Shown here: piece by piece, positions 1 to 11,800 of the stretch
Layout of the letters: each line of letters begins with the position of its first letter
Position numbering within the stretch: the stretch's first letter is position 1
Assembly: GCA_001661245.1 (NCBI GenBank)
Contig: KV454012.1
Coordinates: 588,147 to 652,146, forward strand
Length of the DNA: 64,000 bases
Direction: 5' to 3'
From: Pachysolen tannophilus NRRL Y-2460
Taxonomy: Eukaryota
Program-made: the position numbers and the translations under genes
Notes under the pieces: generated by a model
Database searches by the model: none
Told to the model about the DNA's origin: nothing
What the model saw: the letters and a program-made list of their open reading frames with translations, nothing else

Positions 1-2
1 AG

Positions 3-1688
3 ATGTCACAAGTCGACACAGAAAATTTGTCATCGGCTCAAACGCCAGTTAACGATGATTTACAAGCCAAAACGGAAAATAACGAACAACCTTTGGCTAA
101 ACATGATACAGTGCATAAGTTGATTGCCAAAAGACCACTGTCCAAATATTTAGGTGTTGCCATTGAATGTTTATTAGTTGCATTTGGTGGTTTTGTCTTT
201 GGTTGGGATACCGGTACTATTGGTGGTTTTACTAATATGTCCGATTATAAAGATAGATTTGGTTCAAGACATTCTGATGGTACTGCATATCTTTCAAATG
301 TCAGAACAGGTTTATTAGTTTCTATTTTCAATATTGGTTGTGCTATTGGTGGTTTAACATTAGCTAGATCTGGTGATATGTACGGTAGGAAAAACGGTTT
401 AATTATTACCTTAATTGTTTATATCATTGGTATTATTATTCAAATTGCTTCAGTAAGTAAATGGTACCAATATTTCATTGGTAGGATTATTTCAGGTCTT
501 GGTGTTGGTTCTATTGCAGTTTTATGTCCAATGTTTATTGCTGAAGCTTCTCCACGTCAAGTCAGAGGTGTCTTGGTTACTTCTTATCAATTGATGATTA
601 CCTTGGGTATATTCTTGGGTTATTGTACTAATTATGGTACTAAATCTTATTCAAACTCAGTTCAATGGAGAGTTCCATTAGGTTTATGTTTTGCATGGGC
701 TTTATTAATGATCTGGGGTTTAACTTTTATGCCAGAATCTCCAAGATATTTATGTAAAGTTGGTAGAATTGATGATGCAAAGAAATCTATTTCAAAAGTA
801 AATAAAGTTCCATTAGATGATCCATTTGTTGATTCTGAAATTGATGTTATTATGGCAGGTATTGAACGTGAAAAATTAGCTGGTAATGCATCGTGGAAAG
901 AATTATTTGTTGGTAAGCCAAGGATTTTCTACAGAGTCTTTATGGGTGTTATGATGCAATCATTACAACAATTAACTGGTGATAACTATTTCTTCTATTA
1001 TGGTACCACCATTTTCACTGCTGTTGGTTTAAGTGATTCATTTGAAACTTCTATTATTTTAGGTTTGGTTAATTTGGTTTCTACTTTTATTAGTTTCTAT
1101 GTCATTGGTAGATTTACAAGAAGACAAGCATTAATGTGGGGTTCAGCTGGTATGGTAGCTTGTTTAGTTGTTTATGCTTCTGTTGGTGTTACAAGATTGT
1201 GGCCTAATGGTTATAGTGCAGGTACAACATCTAAAGGTGCAGGTAACTGTATGATTGTCTTTGCATGTTTCTTCATTGTCTGTTTTGCAACAACATGGGG
1301 TCCAGGTGTATATGTCGTTATTTCCGAAACATTCCCATTAAGAATCAGACAAAAAGGTATGGCCGTTGCAACTGCAGCAAACTGGATCTGGGGTTTCTTA
1401 ATCAGTTTCTTCACACCGTTTATTACCACTGATATTCATTTCGCTTATGGTTATGTCTTCATGGGATGTTTAGTCTTCTCATGGTTCTTTGTTGGTTCTA
1501 TTGTCTATGAAACTAAAGATTTAAGTTTAGAAGATGTTGATATCTTATATTCATCTTCAGTTAAACCATGGAATTCTACAGCTTGGGTTCGTGAGAGAAT
1601 TGCAAACTCTGAAAAGACAGAACAAGAAAAATCTGTACAAGAAAAAAGTTCTGAAACTGAAAACGAAAATGCTAATGAATCAGTTTAA
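3..1688 (+). CDS. MFS hexose transporter (HXT/GAL2/SUT family), copy A
   Basis: 561-aa ORF with sugar-porter motifs [36 protein letters not shown] and ETK; 12-TM pattern. Confidence 0.96.
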   Translation: MSQVDTENLSSAQTPVNDDLQAKTENNEQPLAKHDTVHKLIAKRPLSKYLGVAIECLLVAFGGFVFGWDTGTIGGFTNMSDYKDRFGSRHSDGTAYLSNVRTGLLVSIFNIGCAIGGLTLARSGDMYGRKNGLIITLIVYIIGIIIQIASVSKWYQYFIGRIISGLGVGSIAVLCPMFIAEASPRQVRGVLVTSYQLMITLGIFLGYCTNYGTKSYSNSVQWRVPLGLCFAWALLMIWGLTFMPESPRYLCKVGRIDDAKKSISKVNKVPLDDPFVDSEIDVIMAGIEREKLAGNASWKELFVGKPRIFYRVFMGVMMQSLQQLTGDNYFFYYGTTIFTAVGLSDSFETSIILGLVNLVSTFISFYVIGRFTRRQALMWGSAGMVACLVVYASVGVTRLWPNGYSAGTTSKGAGNCMIVFACFFIVCFATTWGPGVYVVISETFPLRIRQKGMAVATAANWIWGFLISFFTPFITTDIHFAYGYVFMGCLVFSWFFVGSIVYETKDLSLEDVDILYSSSVKPWNSTAWVRERIANSEKTEQEKSVQEKSSETENENANESV

Positions 1689-2830
1689 AAAAGAAAAAGA
1701 TTAGTTTAATCAACCTAGTCTTTTTGTGTTTTTGTTTTCTGTTTTTGTTATTCTTGTTGTTGTTTTATTTTTTAATTCGTTCCTCATACCTTGAATATGA
1801 ATAGCATGGGGAACTCTATAAGACAGTTTTGATAAGTTTTTTTAATGCGGTCAAAAATTTAATTTTTTAATTAATTATTTTTTTAGGGTTCTCTTTTTTA
1901 TTTTTCTTTATTTCCAATTTTTTTTATAAGTAATCCTCTTAATGATGATGGCCGTTATGATTTAGATTTTATTTAAAATAATAATAATAATTATATAATT
2001 ATAATTTAATTTTGATATTTATAAAAGGAATATTAAAGGGGATAATTGTAGATGCAGCAGAACGGCAGAACAGCAAAGGGTAAAAAACTCCCCGCTCCCC
2101 GCGCGCCCGCAGACGTTTTTCCCCCAAAAAAAATAAAAAATTTGTTCAAGCACCTGCATATTTACAGGAATGCCTACTGATTTTACAAATGAAATGAAAT
2201 TGTGCATTTTAATCGACGTACGTGAAATTTCCTGATAAATGCAGGTGCCTCTGAGTGTTCAAAAAAAATTTTTTTTTTCAACTTTAATACCTGTTTACGT
2301 CACTTTTAAAACAGAAAGAAATCAATATGAGAACAAAAATAATACCTTTACCGATATTTATTTTGTTTCAAGCAATCATAAGAATATATAAAGCTTATGA
2401 GTTTTTTTTTGGTTTTTGTTGTTGTTGTTGGTCTTTTCGATTTTAGGTTTTCACTTATTGGATCTTGAATGTTCCTGTTTTTTTTTTTTTTTTCTTTACA
2501 GCTTATATAGTAAGCTTATTCAAATCTTTAATACCCCAACTTTAGATTCTAATTATGTCTCATTTTTTAAAAAATAAAAAAAAAAAAAAAAGGTGCACAA
2601 ATACTGATGTGTAATCTGTTGACATTTGACGATTCAAAGTAATTATTAATTTTCTTTTAGGTTATGAAACTTAAGTACATACGTACCTACGTACGTATGT
2701 ACTTATGTCTTGGAGGTGAACAACCGCAGGGAGGGCTTATTTAAAAACTTGTTATAATATGGAGTTGTTGACTTTAATTTATATTATGAAGACCGCCAAA
2801 AAGGGAAAATACATGCATAATTCAGAACAT

Positions 2831-2939
2831 TTTTCCGGAATGCATAATTTTTCCATTGGCCATACATGAAACTAGATGATTTTTTCCGCAGTTATGCGAA
2901 GTCCGAAGTATTTTCTGTTAAAAAGATTGAAGTATTCCG
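2831..2939. promoter_or_regulatory. Three Rgt1-type sites (TNNTCCG) upstream of HXT copy B
   Basis: TTTTCCG at 2831 and 2882, TATTCCG at 2933, matching the reverse complement of CGGANNA; TATATAAA at ~3057. Confidence 0.5.
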
Positions 2940-3219
2940 GGGAATTTATTGACTTTAAAGTATGGATATTTCGTAGTTAAGTATAATATGAGCGTGTGCA
3001 TCAATTGCTAAAGTTTTGGAAAGTTCAAACATTATTAATTTATTTCTATTCTGTAATATATAAATATTGAATAATCCTTGTCTTTGACTGACTGAGTTTA
3101 AAAAAAAGAAAAAAAAAATTTTTTTTCTTATTCTTTTCTCTCTTTCTTTGAAAAAAAAAGTATTTAATACTTGGTATTGTTCAGAAATAATTAAAAAATT
3201 TATCTTGATAACTACAAAA

Positions 3220-4974
3220 ATGCCTCCAACTAATAATTCTTCAGAAGCAGAGGCTGAAACACGTTCAGGTGCTATAACACCTGTTAACGATAATGAATTA
3301 GAAGAAGCAAAGGAAAATTTGGATACTAGTAATTCACAAAATGAAAAAATTGACCTGGGTGAAGGATATAGGTCTGCTTTATCAGAAAAGAAAGCATCTG
3401 ATTATACTTTAGTTTCAGTTTTATGTTTGTTGGTTGCCTTTGGTGGTTTTGTCTTTGGTTGGGATACTGGTACTATTTCTGGGTTTGTTAATATGTCAGA
3501 TTTTAAGAGAAGATTTGGATCTCGTGAATCTGATGGAACTTATTATTTTTCAAATGCAAGAACAGGGTTGATTGTTTCTATCTTTAATATTGGATGTGCT
3601 ATTGGTGGTATTACCTTGGGTAAGACTGGTGATATGTATGGAAGAAAAAATGGGTTAATGATTACTATGGTTGTTTATATGATTGGTATTATTATTCAAA
3701 TTGCATCCATAAATAAATGGTATCAATATTTTATTGGTAGAATTATTTCAGGTCTCGCCGTTGGTGCAGTTTCTGTTTTATCACCAATGTTTATCTCAGA
3801 AACTTCTCCACGTCAAATTAGAGGTGCATTGGTTTCTTGTTATCAATTAATGATTACCTTGGGTATATTTTTAGGTTATTGTACTGATTATGGTACTAAA
3901 TCTTATACAAACTCAGTTCAATGGAGAGTTCCATTAGGTTTATGTTTTGCATGGGCAATCTTGATGATTATTGGTATGCTTTTCATGCCAGAATCTCCAA
4001 GATATTTGATTAAAAAGGGTAGATTAGATGATGCTAGAGCCTCATTAGCTAAAGTTAATGGTGTTCCATTTGATGACCCTGCTATATTTAGCGAAGTTGA
4101 AGAGCTTGATGCAGCAGTTCAATATGAAACTTCTTTAGGTAAGGCAACTTGGTCTGAATTAATTACTGGTAAACCAAAGATTGGATTCCGTGTTATTACA
4201 GGTATTATTTTACAATCTTTACAACAATTAACTGGTGATAATTATTTTTTTTATTATGGTACTACTATTTTTGATGCTGTTGGTTTAAGTGATTCTTTTG
4301 AAACTTCTATTGTTCTTGGTGTTATTAATTTTGCTTCAACATTTGTTGCACTTTGGACTGTGGAACATTTTGGTAGAAGAAAAGTTTTACTTTTTGGTTC
4401 AGCAGCTCAAGTTCTGTGTTTTGTTGTCTTTGCATCTGTTGGTGTTACTAGATTATATCCAAATGGTTATGATGGCACAACATCTGAAGGTGCAGGAAAT
4501 TGTATGATTGTCTTTGCATGTTTCTTCATCTTCTTCTTTGCTACAAGTTGGGCTCCAGGTATCTTTGTTGTTGTTTCAGAGATTTATCCACTTAGAATTA
4601 GATCAAAAGCAATGTCTATTGCTCAAGCTGCAAATTGGATTTGGGGTTTTTTAATTTCATTTTTTACACCTTTTATTACTAGTGCAATTCATTTCGCCTA
4701 CGGTTACGTCTTTATGGGATGCTTGGTCTTCTCCTTCTTCTTTGTTTATGCAACTGTTCCAGAAACAAAAGGTTTATCCTTGGAAGAAGTTGACGAAATG
4801 TATAGAGCAGGCGTTATTCCATGGAAATCTTCTTCATGGGTACCAAGTAAAAAATTAACTCAAGAAGGTGCTTATCATAAAGCTCAAACACAATCAGTTG
4901 AAAATGCAGCAGAAACTAATGAAAGTGGTGAACAGGCTACTCCAACTACTACTGATAACGTTCAGGAAGTTTAA
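3220..4974 (+). CDS. MFS hexose transporter (HXT family), copy B
   Basis: Paralog of copy A with the same motifs; real start is the ATG at 3220 (AAAAATG context), not the TTG at 3148. Confidence 0.96.
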   Translation: MPPTNNSSEAEAETRSGAITPVNDNELEEAKENLDTSNSQNEKIDLGEGYRSALSEKKASDYTLVSVLCLLVAFGGFVFGWDTGTISGFVNMSDFKRRFGSRESDGTYYFSNARTGLIVSIFNIGCAIGGITLGKTGDMYGRKNGLMITMVVYMIGIIIQIASINKWYQYFIGRIISGLAVGAVSVLSPMFISETSPRQIRGALVSCYQLMITLGIFLGYCTDYGTKSYTNSVQWRVPLGLCFAWAILMIIGMLFMPESPRYLIKKGRLDDARASLAKVNGVPFDDPAIFSEVEELDAAVQYETSLGKATWSELITGKPKIGFRVITGIILQSLQQLTGDNYFFYYGTTIFDAVGLSDSFETSIVLGVINFASTFVALWTVEHFGRRKVLLFGSAAQVLCFVVFASVGVTRLYPNGYDGTTSEGAGNCMIVFACFFIFFFATSWAPGIFVVVSEIYPLRIRSKAMSIAQAANWIWGFLISFFTPFITSAIHFAYGYVFMGCLVFSFFFVYATVPETKGLSLEEVDEMYRAGVIPWKSSSWVPSKKLTQEGAYHKAQTQSVENAAETNESGEQATPTTTDNVQEV

Positions 4975-5466
4975 ACCAGAAAATTAAGAGAAAAATAATC
5001 AAACAAACTAAATCTGTTTGCTTTGCTGTATCACATAAAATTTCAATATATGAACGAACATTCTACAATATGGAATTAGTGTTAAAAACTTTTTTTTTTT
5101 TTTTTTTTTTATTCTTTATAAACAATTCTTCAAACATTCCACTTATAGATTATTGACTTTTCTCATAAGTGGTCTCTATATATATATATATATATATATA
5201 ACTTATATATATGACTTAATTCCTTCACACTAATTAAATTATAGTAGTTAACGCTGGTTACGTGCTCTTGTTTCCATTTTAATTTTTTAGAAAAATTTTT
5301 TTTTAAATGAGTAACCAAAAAACAAGCAAAGAAGAGTAAAAATGAAAATAAAGAGAAAAAGTGAATAAAAAATTATATTGGGCATCTCTTTCTCTTTTTT
5401 TATTTTGTTGTTTTTTAAATTTTTATCTTTTAAATTGAAAAGTGTTAGAATCTATTTAAAAGATAG

Positions 5467-7416
5467 ATGGTTAGATTTTTGAAACCATTTAATAGTATTT
5501 TATCAAGTTATAAATTAAGTTTTTGTTGTTCTAAAGCTTTGTATTTGAGAGTTATACCAAGGGTAACAATAAGAAGAAGATCGATAATGTCTGAAGCTTC
5601 AGTTGAATTTTTAACTTCTAGTCTTGGTAAATTAGAAATTAATCAATTACCACCTAATGTTGAGAATTCGTATCCTCAATCGAATGTGATTGATTTGCTT
5701 CGTAATTATATTACAGAGGAGTTATACAAGTTATCAGGGGTTGATAAGAGTATTATTTTTTCAGCATTGGAATGGTCAACTACTCTTGAAAAAGGTGATT
5801 TATTAATACCAATTCCAAGATTAAGAATAAAAAATTCAAATCCAAAAGATTTAGCTATTGAATGGGCCAAAAATTTCCCAAAATCTGGATTTTTATCAAA
5901 AGTTATAGCTGAAGGTCCATTTATTCAATTTTTTTTTTCACCAAAATTATTATATAATATTGTTATAAAAGATGTTTTAAAAAGGAAACTTGATTATGGA
6001 GCAACACCATTAGGAAAGGGGAAAAAACTTGTTATTGAATTTTCTTCTCCAAATATAGCTAAACCTTTCCATGCTGGACATTTAAGAAGTACAATTATTG
6101 GTGGATTTCTTTCAAATTTATATGAAAAATTAGGTTGGAATGTTGTTAGAATAAATTATTTAGGTGATTGGGGTAAACAATTTGGATTATTAGCTGTTGG
6201 TTTTGAAAGATATGGTGATGAAGCAAAATTGAAAACTGATCCAATTAATCATTTATTTGATGTTTATGTTAAGATTAATAAAGATATCGAATTAGAAGGA
6301 GATTCTTTATCTGAAGAAGAATCAACTAATGGTAAAGCTCGTTATTATTTTAAACGTATGGAAGATGGTGATGAAGAAGCTTTAAAAATTTGGAAAAGAT
6401 TTCGTGATTTATCAATTGAAAAATATATTGATACTTATGCTCGTCTTAATATTAAATATGATGTTTATTCTGGTGAATCTCAAGTTCCAACTGAAGTTAT
6501 GGAAAAAGCTACAGAAATTTTTAAAGAAAAAAATTTGGCTCAAGAAGATAATGGTGCTTTACTTATTGATTTAACAAAATTTAATAAAAAATTAGGTAAA
6601 GCTGTTGTTCGTAAAAGAGATGGTACTTCATTATATCTTACTCGTGATGTTGGTGAAGCAATGTCAAGATATGAAAAATATAAATTTGATAAGATGATTT
6701 ATGTTATAGCTTCACAACAAGATTTACATACTGCTCAATTTTTTGAAATTTTAAAACAAATGGGTTTTGAATGGGCAAATAGATTACAACATGTTAATTT
6801 TGGAATGGTTTTAGGTATGTCTACAAGAAAGGGAACTGTTGTATTTTTGGATAATATTTTGGAAGAAACAAAAGAAAAAATGCATGAAGTAATGAAGAAA
6901 AATGAAACAAAATATTCTCAAATCAATGAACCAGAAAAAATTGCAGATTTAGTTGGTATTTCAGCTGTAATGATTCAAGATATGCAAGCAAAACGTATTA
7001 ATAATTATGAATTTAAATGGGAAAGAATGACTTCATTTGAAGGTGATACAGGTCCTTATTTACAATACGCACATTCTCGTCTTAGATCAGTTGAAAGAAA
7101 GGCAAACATTCCATTTGAAAACTTTTTAACTGCAAATTATGACTTATTAACAGAACCTCAAGCAATTTTATTAATCAGATTAATATCACAATATCCAGAT
7201 GTACTAAGAGCTGCATCAAAGAACAATGAACCAACAACTGTAGTCACTTATTTGTTCAGATTAACCCACCAAGTCTCCTCATGTTATGACGTCTTATGGG
7301 TTGCTGGTCAAGAAGAAGAATTGGCTACTGCTCGTTCTGCCTTGTATGCTGCTGCAAGACAAGTCTTGTATAATGGTATGGTATTGTTAGGTCTTACACC
7401 TGTTGATAGAATGTAA
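5467..7416 (+). CDS. Arginyl-tRNA synthetase (YDR341C/MSR1-like), probably dual cytosolic and mitochondrial
   Basis: EFSSPNIAKPFHAGHLRS (HIGH-like), GMSTRKG (KMSKS-like), GPYLQYAHSR, C-terminal PVDRM; second in-frame ATG at 5587. Confidence 0.96.
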   Translation: MVRFLKPFNSILSSYKLSFCCSKALYLRVIPRVTIRRRSIMSEASVEFLTSSLGKLEINQLPPNVENSYPQSNVIDLLRNYITEELYKLSGVDKSIIFSALEWSTTLEKGDLLIPIPRLRIKNSNPKDLAIEWAKNFPKSGFLSKVIAEGPFIQFFFSPKLLYNIVIKDVLKRKLDYGATPLGKGKKLVIEFSSPNIAKPFHAGHLRSTIIGGFLSNLYEKLGWNVVRINYLGDWGKQFGLLAVGFERYGDEAKLKTDPINHLFDVYVKINKDIELEGDSLSEEESTNGKARYYFKRMEDGDEEALKIWKRFRDLSIEKYIDTYARLNIKYDVYSGESQVPTEVMEKATEIFKEKNLAQEDNGALLIDLTKFNKKLGKAVVRKRDGTSLYLTRDVGEAMSRYEKYKFDKMIYVIASQQDLHTAQFFEILKQMGFEWANRLQHVNFGMVLGMSTRKGTVVFLDNILEETKEKMHEVMKKNETKYSQINEPEKIADLVGISAVMIQDMQAKRINNYEFKWERMTSFEGDTGPYLQYAHSRLRSVERKANIPFENFLTANYDLLTEPQAILLIRLISQYPDVLRAASKNNEPTTVVTYLFRLTHQVSSCYDVLWVAGQEEELATARSALYAAARQVLYNGMVLLGLTPVDRM

Positions 7417-7637
7417 TACAAAGTACTTGATTTTTTATATACACACACGACCCGGTTTCGATACCAGGTGAAAATAAAATAAAAAAAAATAAAAAAAAAT
7501 TTTCTTTCTTTTTTCCATATAGTTTTTAGTTGAATATATATTATAAATTAATTTATCTTAATTGTATTAGAATCAGTTTCTTTATAAATAGAGCTGTGAT
7601 TGTTATATCTGTGTTATTATATTGTTGAAAAGAAAAA

Positions 7638-8213
7638 ATGGGGAAGGCTAAAAAAACCAGAAAGTTTGCTCAGGTTAAACGTACAATCAATGCTAAGGAT
7701 CCTAGAATAGTTAAGAATCAAAAAGATCAGCAACAACAAAAAGAACAAAAAGATCCTGAATTAGTTAGAGATATTCCTCAAGTTTCATCAGCTCTTTTTT
7801 TCCAGTTTAACTCTGCAATCAAGCCACCATACCAAGTGCTCATCGATACAAATTTTATAAATTTCAGTATACAGAAAAAAATTGATCTTGTAAGAGGTAT
7901 GATGGATTCGTTATATGCTAAATGTATACCGATAGTAACGGATTGTGTAATGGCAGAGTTGGAGAAATTGGGCCCAAAGTACCGTATAGCTTTAAGATTA
8001 GCTCGTGATCCAAGAATTCAAAGGTTAACTTGTACTCATAAGGGAACATATGCAGATGATTGCTTAGTACATAGAGTCATGCAACATAAATGTTACATAG
8101 TTGCCACAAACGATGCCGATTTGAAGAGAAGAATAAGAAAAGTTCCCGGAATACCAATCATGAGTGTTGGAGGACATTCTTATGTTATCGAAAGGCTACC
8201 AGATGTTTTCTAA
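7638..8213 (+). CDS. FCF1: PIN-domain rRNA-processing protein Fcf1/Utp24
   Basis: MGKAKKTRKFA N-terminus, LIDTNFINFS, HKGTYADDC, ATNDADLKRRIRKVPG. Confidence 0.97.
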   Translation: MGKAKKTRKFAQVKRTINAKDPRIVKNQKDQQQQKEQKDPELVRDIPQVSSALFFQFNSAIKPPYQVLIDTNFINFSIQKKIDLVRGMMDSLYAKCIPIVTDCVMAELEKLGPKYRIALRLARDPRIQRLTCTHKGTYADDCLVHRVMQHKCYIVATNDADLKRRIRKVPGIPIMSVGGHSYVIERLPDVF

Positions 8214-8457
8214 CAAAAAAATAAAAAATTTTTTTTGTACTGCATTATATTTTCTTCTTCTAATATGTATTTCATTTTTTTTTCTTTTTAGTTTCTTTTA
8301 TAACTTTTCATGGGGTGGTGTATCTTTTTAATAAGAACTAACAACAGGTTTATCTAGCTATTCAAACACGTAGATTATCCCAATAATTTCAAACTAAATC
8401 AATCTATTCTTTGGTTTAAATAGAATTGAAAAATTCCATCTGAAATATATAAGAGAG

Positions 8458-8476
8458 TCACGTGAAAATCACGTGA
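8458..8476. promoter_or_regulatory. Tandem Cbf1-type RTCACGTG sites upstream of TRA1
   Basis: GTCACGTGAAAATCACGTG. Confidence 0.55.
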
Positions 8477-8662
8477 AAGTTTTTTTTGAGTTCAATTCAA
8501 ATTTCCTCTCTTGAAAAAAAAAAAAATATTTTAAAAAAAAAGTGAACAATATATATATACAAACTTATAAAGAAAGTTATACTTAATACTTAACGTACAA
8601 TATCATCATTTGGATTGATTCTTTTTTCTTTTTTGACCATTTGTCAAAGAGGGAAGCTGCCA

Positions 8663-8837
8663 GTTAGTGTTATTACTAATTTTTGATGGCTTGGTAAAGA
8701 AAAGTATTGTACAATCGATCATTTAAAGTTGGTGTTTTTTTTTTTTTGTTATTTTTTTTTTGTATTTCTTAATAAACAAGGTGACTTAATTGATTACTAA
8801 CTAGATACCTTTTTTTTTTTTTTTTATCAAACTATAG
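8663..8837 (+). other. Candidate 5'UTR intron of TRA1
   Basis: Perfect TACTAAC at 8795-8801, poly-T tract, and TAG at 8835-8837, 26 nt before the ATG; the 5' splice site is uncertain (GTTAGT at 8663 is the best candidate). Confidence 0.5.
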
Positions 8838-8863
8838 TTTTTAAGTACTTTGTATTTTGAAAA

Positions 8864-11800
8864 ATGTCATATACTGTTCATCTCGATGGGTTTGCCTCGA
8901 AGTTGTCTGATCAGTCCACGGACTTTAAGACAAAAACTTCACTTTTGTCAGAATTATGTGATATGATTGAAACTTTTAATGGTACTCAAGAATATGAATA
9001 TTTCTTGAAAACATTGGTACCAATTTTTTTAAATAATTTGGAGAGTGTTCCAATTACTTTTATGAGTAGTACTCATGAGCATAAATTGAGGAATTTAATT
9101 TTGAAAATAATACATAGATCGGCAATGAATGATATTTTTAAGCCTTATGCAAATGATATATTAGAAAGTTTGATGAAATTGTTGAAAACAGAAAATGAAG
9201 AGAATGGAGTATTGTGTATGAAGATAATAACTTCATTGCACAAATCTTATAAGCAAGATTTGGGGGAGAAAGTTGGGCCCTTTGTTGATATTATAGTTGA
9301 GATATACACCAATATGCCACAAGTTGTGGAAGAAACTTTTAATAATCCTAATCTGCAGTCTCAATCTCAATCTCAATCTCAGTCCCAAGCACAGTCGCAG
9401 TCTCCAAATATTAACAACTCAGCTTCATCACCTTTAGCGAACCAATCACCAAGACCACTGTCTCCATCATTATCACCTAATGATGAATCACAAACTAAAA
9501 TATTAGCAAAGTCTATGCATTCTTTCAAGACATTAGCTGAATGTCCCATTACTATGGTGTCGTTATATTCATCATACAGAAACTTGATACAGACTTCAAT
9601 GCCAACGTTCTTACCACATGTCATTGATATTTTGAGCTTGCAAGCAAAGCCTCAACAAGATGCAAGATTGCTGGCAGAACAAAAAAATGAACGTTTAATC
9701 TCTTTAACACCAGCAATTAAAAACAGAGCTGCATTTTGCGACTTTATATTAGGACAAGTCAAGGCTGCATCGTTTGTGGCGTATATTTTCATTCGTGGGT
9801 ATGCACTGAATATAATGACAAATTTTACAGATATTATACCTGATTTAATAATTAGACTATTACAAGATTGTCCTAGTGAACTCTCTGCAGCAAGAAAAGA
9901 ATTATTACATGCAACCAGACATATATTATCTACAAGCTTTAGAACCATGTTTATTCCAAAGATAGATTTGTTATTTGATGATAGAGTTTTAATTGGTGAT
10001 GGTTTAACATCATATGAAACTCTTCGCCCATTGGCATATTCAACAGTGGCAGATTTTATTCATAATGTTAGAGCAGAATTGACACCGGAGCAAATTTGGA
10101 AAACTGTTAGAATATATTGTAAAAACTTACAAGATAGTTCATTAGCTTTAACGGTACAAATCATGAGTGCAAAATTATTGTTGAATCTCGTGGAAAGGGT
10201 AATGAAATTACCATCTAAGCTGGAATCCAGACAGTTATTCATGCTTATTATTGATGCTTATGCCAAGAGGTTTGCAAGCTTGAATAGACAACATGACTAC
10301 ATTATGCATCAACATGATTTATATACTAAAAAAAAACAAGAGAAAGAAAAACTGCAAGAAAATTTATTAGTAAAACGTAACAGTTTAGAACTTTTAAAGA
10401 ACAATCAACAACAAAAGACACTCAAAACTGAAGAAAATGGAACAAAGCAACATGATAAGCTAAATATTGAAGACGTAGAAATGAAACACGCTGATGATGA
10501 ACTGAAAGAAGAAGAAAATAATCATAATCAAGAGGAAGAAAATGAACAACAACAAAAAAATTCCGACGAAAAAATGCAGATTGATGAAGACGGAGATCAG
10601 AATGACGAGAAAATGAATGATGCAGAAGAGTCCACAGAATCTAGAAAAGTGAAATCTGAAGAAAATGAAGAACCAAAACAGGTAAAAAAAATTCAAGAGA
10701 AATTAGAAAAACCTGATTCAGAAGCTGATCAGAAAGAAGAGCTATGTATCTTTAATATAGATCAAGTATCTGCAACCGTAATTGCACCAAAAAGTACAAC
10801 TGATCCATTGAAAGACTCTCGTTATTTATTCAGAACTTTAATGTCATTTTTAAAATCTGTCATTTTTGGATTGAAGAATTGCAATCCATCTCCTCCTTCA
10901 AACGATTATAATTCACAAACTTGGAATAGCTCAGCTAGAATTTTTACAAATGAAGAATTGAATATTTTGAGAAACTTGTATAAGGAAGGAATATCAGGGT
11001 TGAGGTTTTTCAGGAGTTTTAAGCCAACACTTCCACCCCAATTGGCGAAACATTCTTTTGATATCACAGGCCCTAATTTGCCTATCACGTCTTCCAAGGA
11101 TGAAAAAGACTTAATGGAAATATTTGCTACCATGTTCATTCATATAGATCCTGCTACATTCAATGAAATAGTCCAATCTGAGATGCCATTTTTGTATGTT
11201 TCTGTATTAGAAAATGCTGCTTTATTACATATTCCACAATTTTTTTTGGCAAGCGAAATTACAACCTCTAATTTCTCCGGTATATTAATTAGTTTTTTGA
11301 AAACAAAATTACCAGAATTAGGAGAAGTTGATATTATAAAATCCAGTATATTAATGCGTCTCTTCAAATTATGCTTTATGTCGGTTAACTTATTTCCTAG
11401 CGCAAACGAGAGCGTTATTGTACCTCATTTGAATGAATTAATTTTAGACTCTCTAAAATTGACAACGACAGCAAAAGAACCATTAGACTACTTTTATTTA
11501 ATACGAACATTATTTAGAAGTATTGCTGGTGGCAGATTTGAGAATTTGTACAAAGAAATTATGCCACTTTTGCAAGTTTTCTTAGAATCTTTGAGCAGAA
11601 TGATCGAAACGGCAAGAAGACCACACGAGCGTGATATTTACGTTGAATTATGTCTTACAGTCCCAGTTAGACTATGCGTTTTGGTTCCTCATTTGAGTTA
11701 TTTAATGAGACCCTTGGTATATGCTTTAAATGGTTCACAAGAATTAGTTTCTCAAGGTTTGAGAACTTTGGAATTATGCGTAGATAACTTTACTGCTGAA

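Noticed and set aside
7449..7470. tRNA T-arm/B-box-like GACCCGGTTTCGATACCAGG
   Set aside because: No D-arm, anticodon arm or acceptor stem, so not a tRNA; at most a lone B-box-like match
8458..8540. CDEI-like RTCACGTG followed by an AT-rich tract (point centromere?)
   Set aside because: No CDEIII CCG element at the expected spacing; it fits an ordinary Cbf1 promoter site
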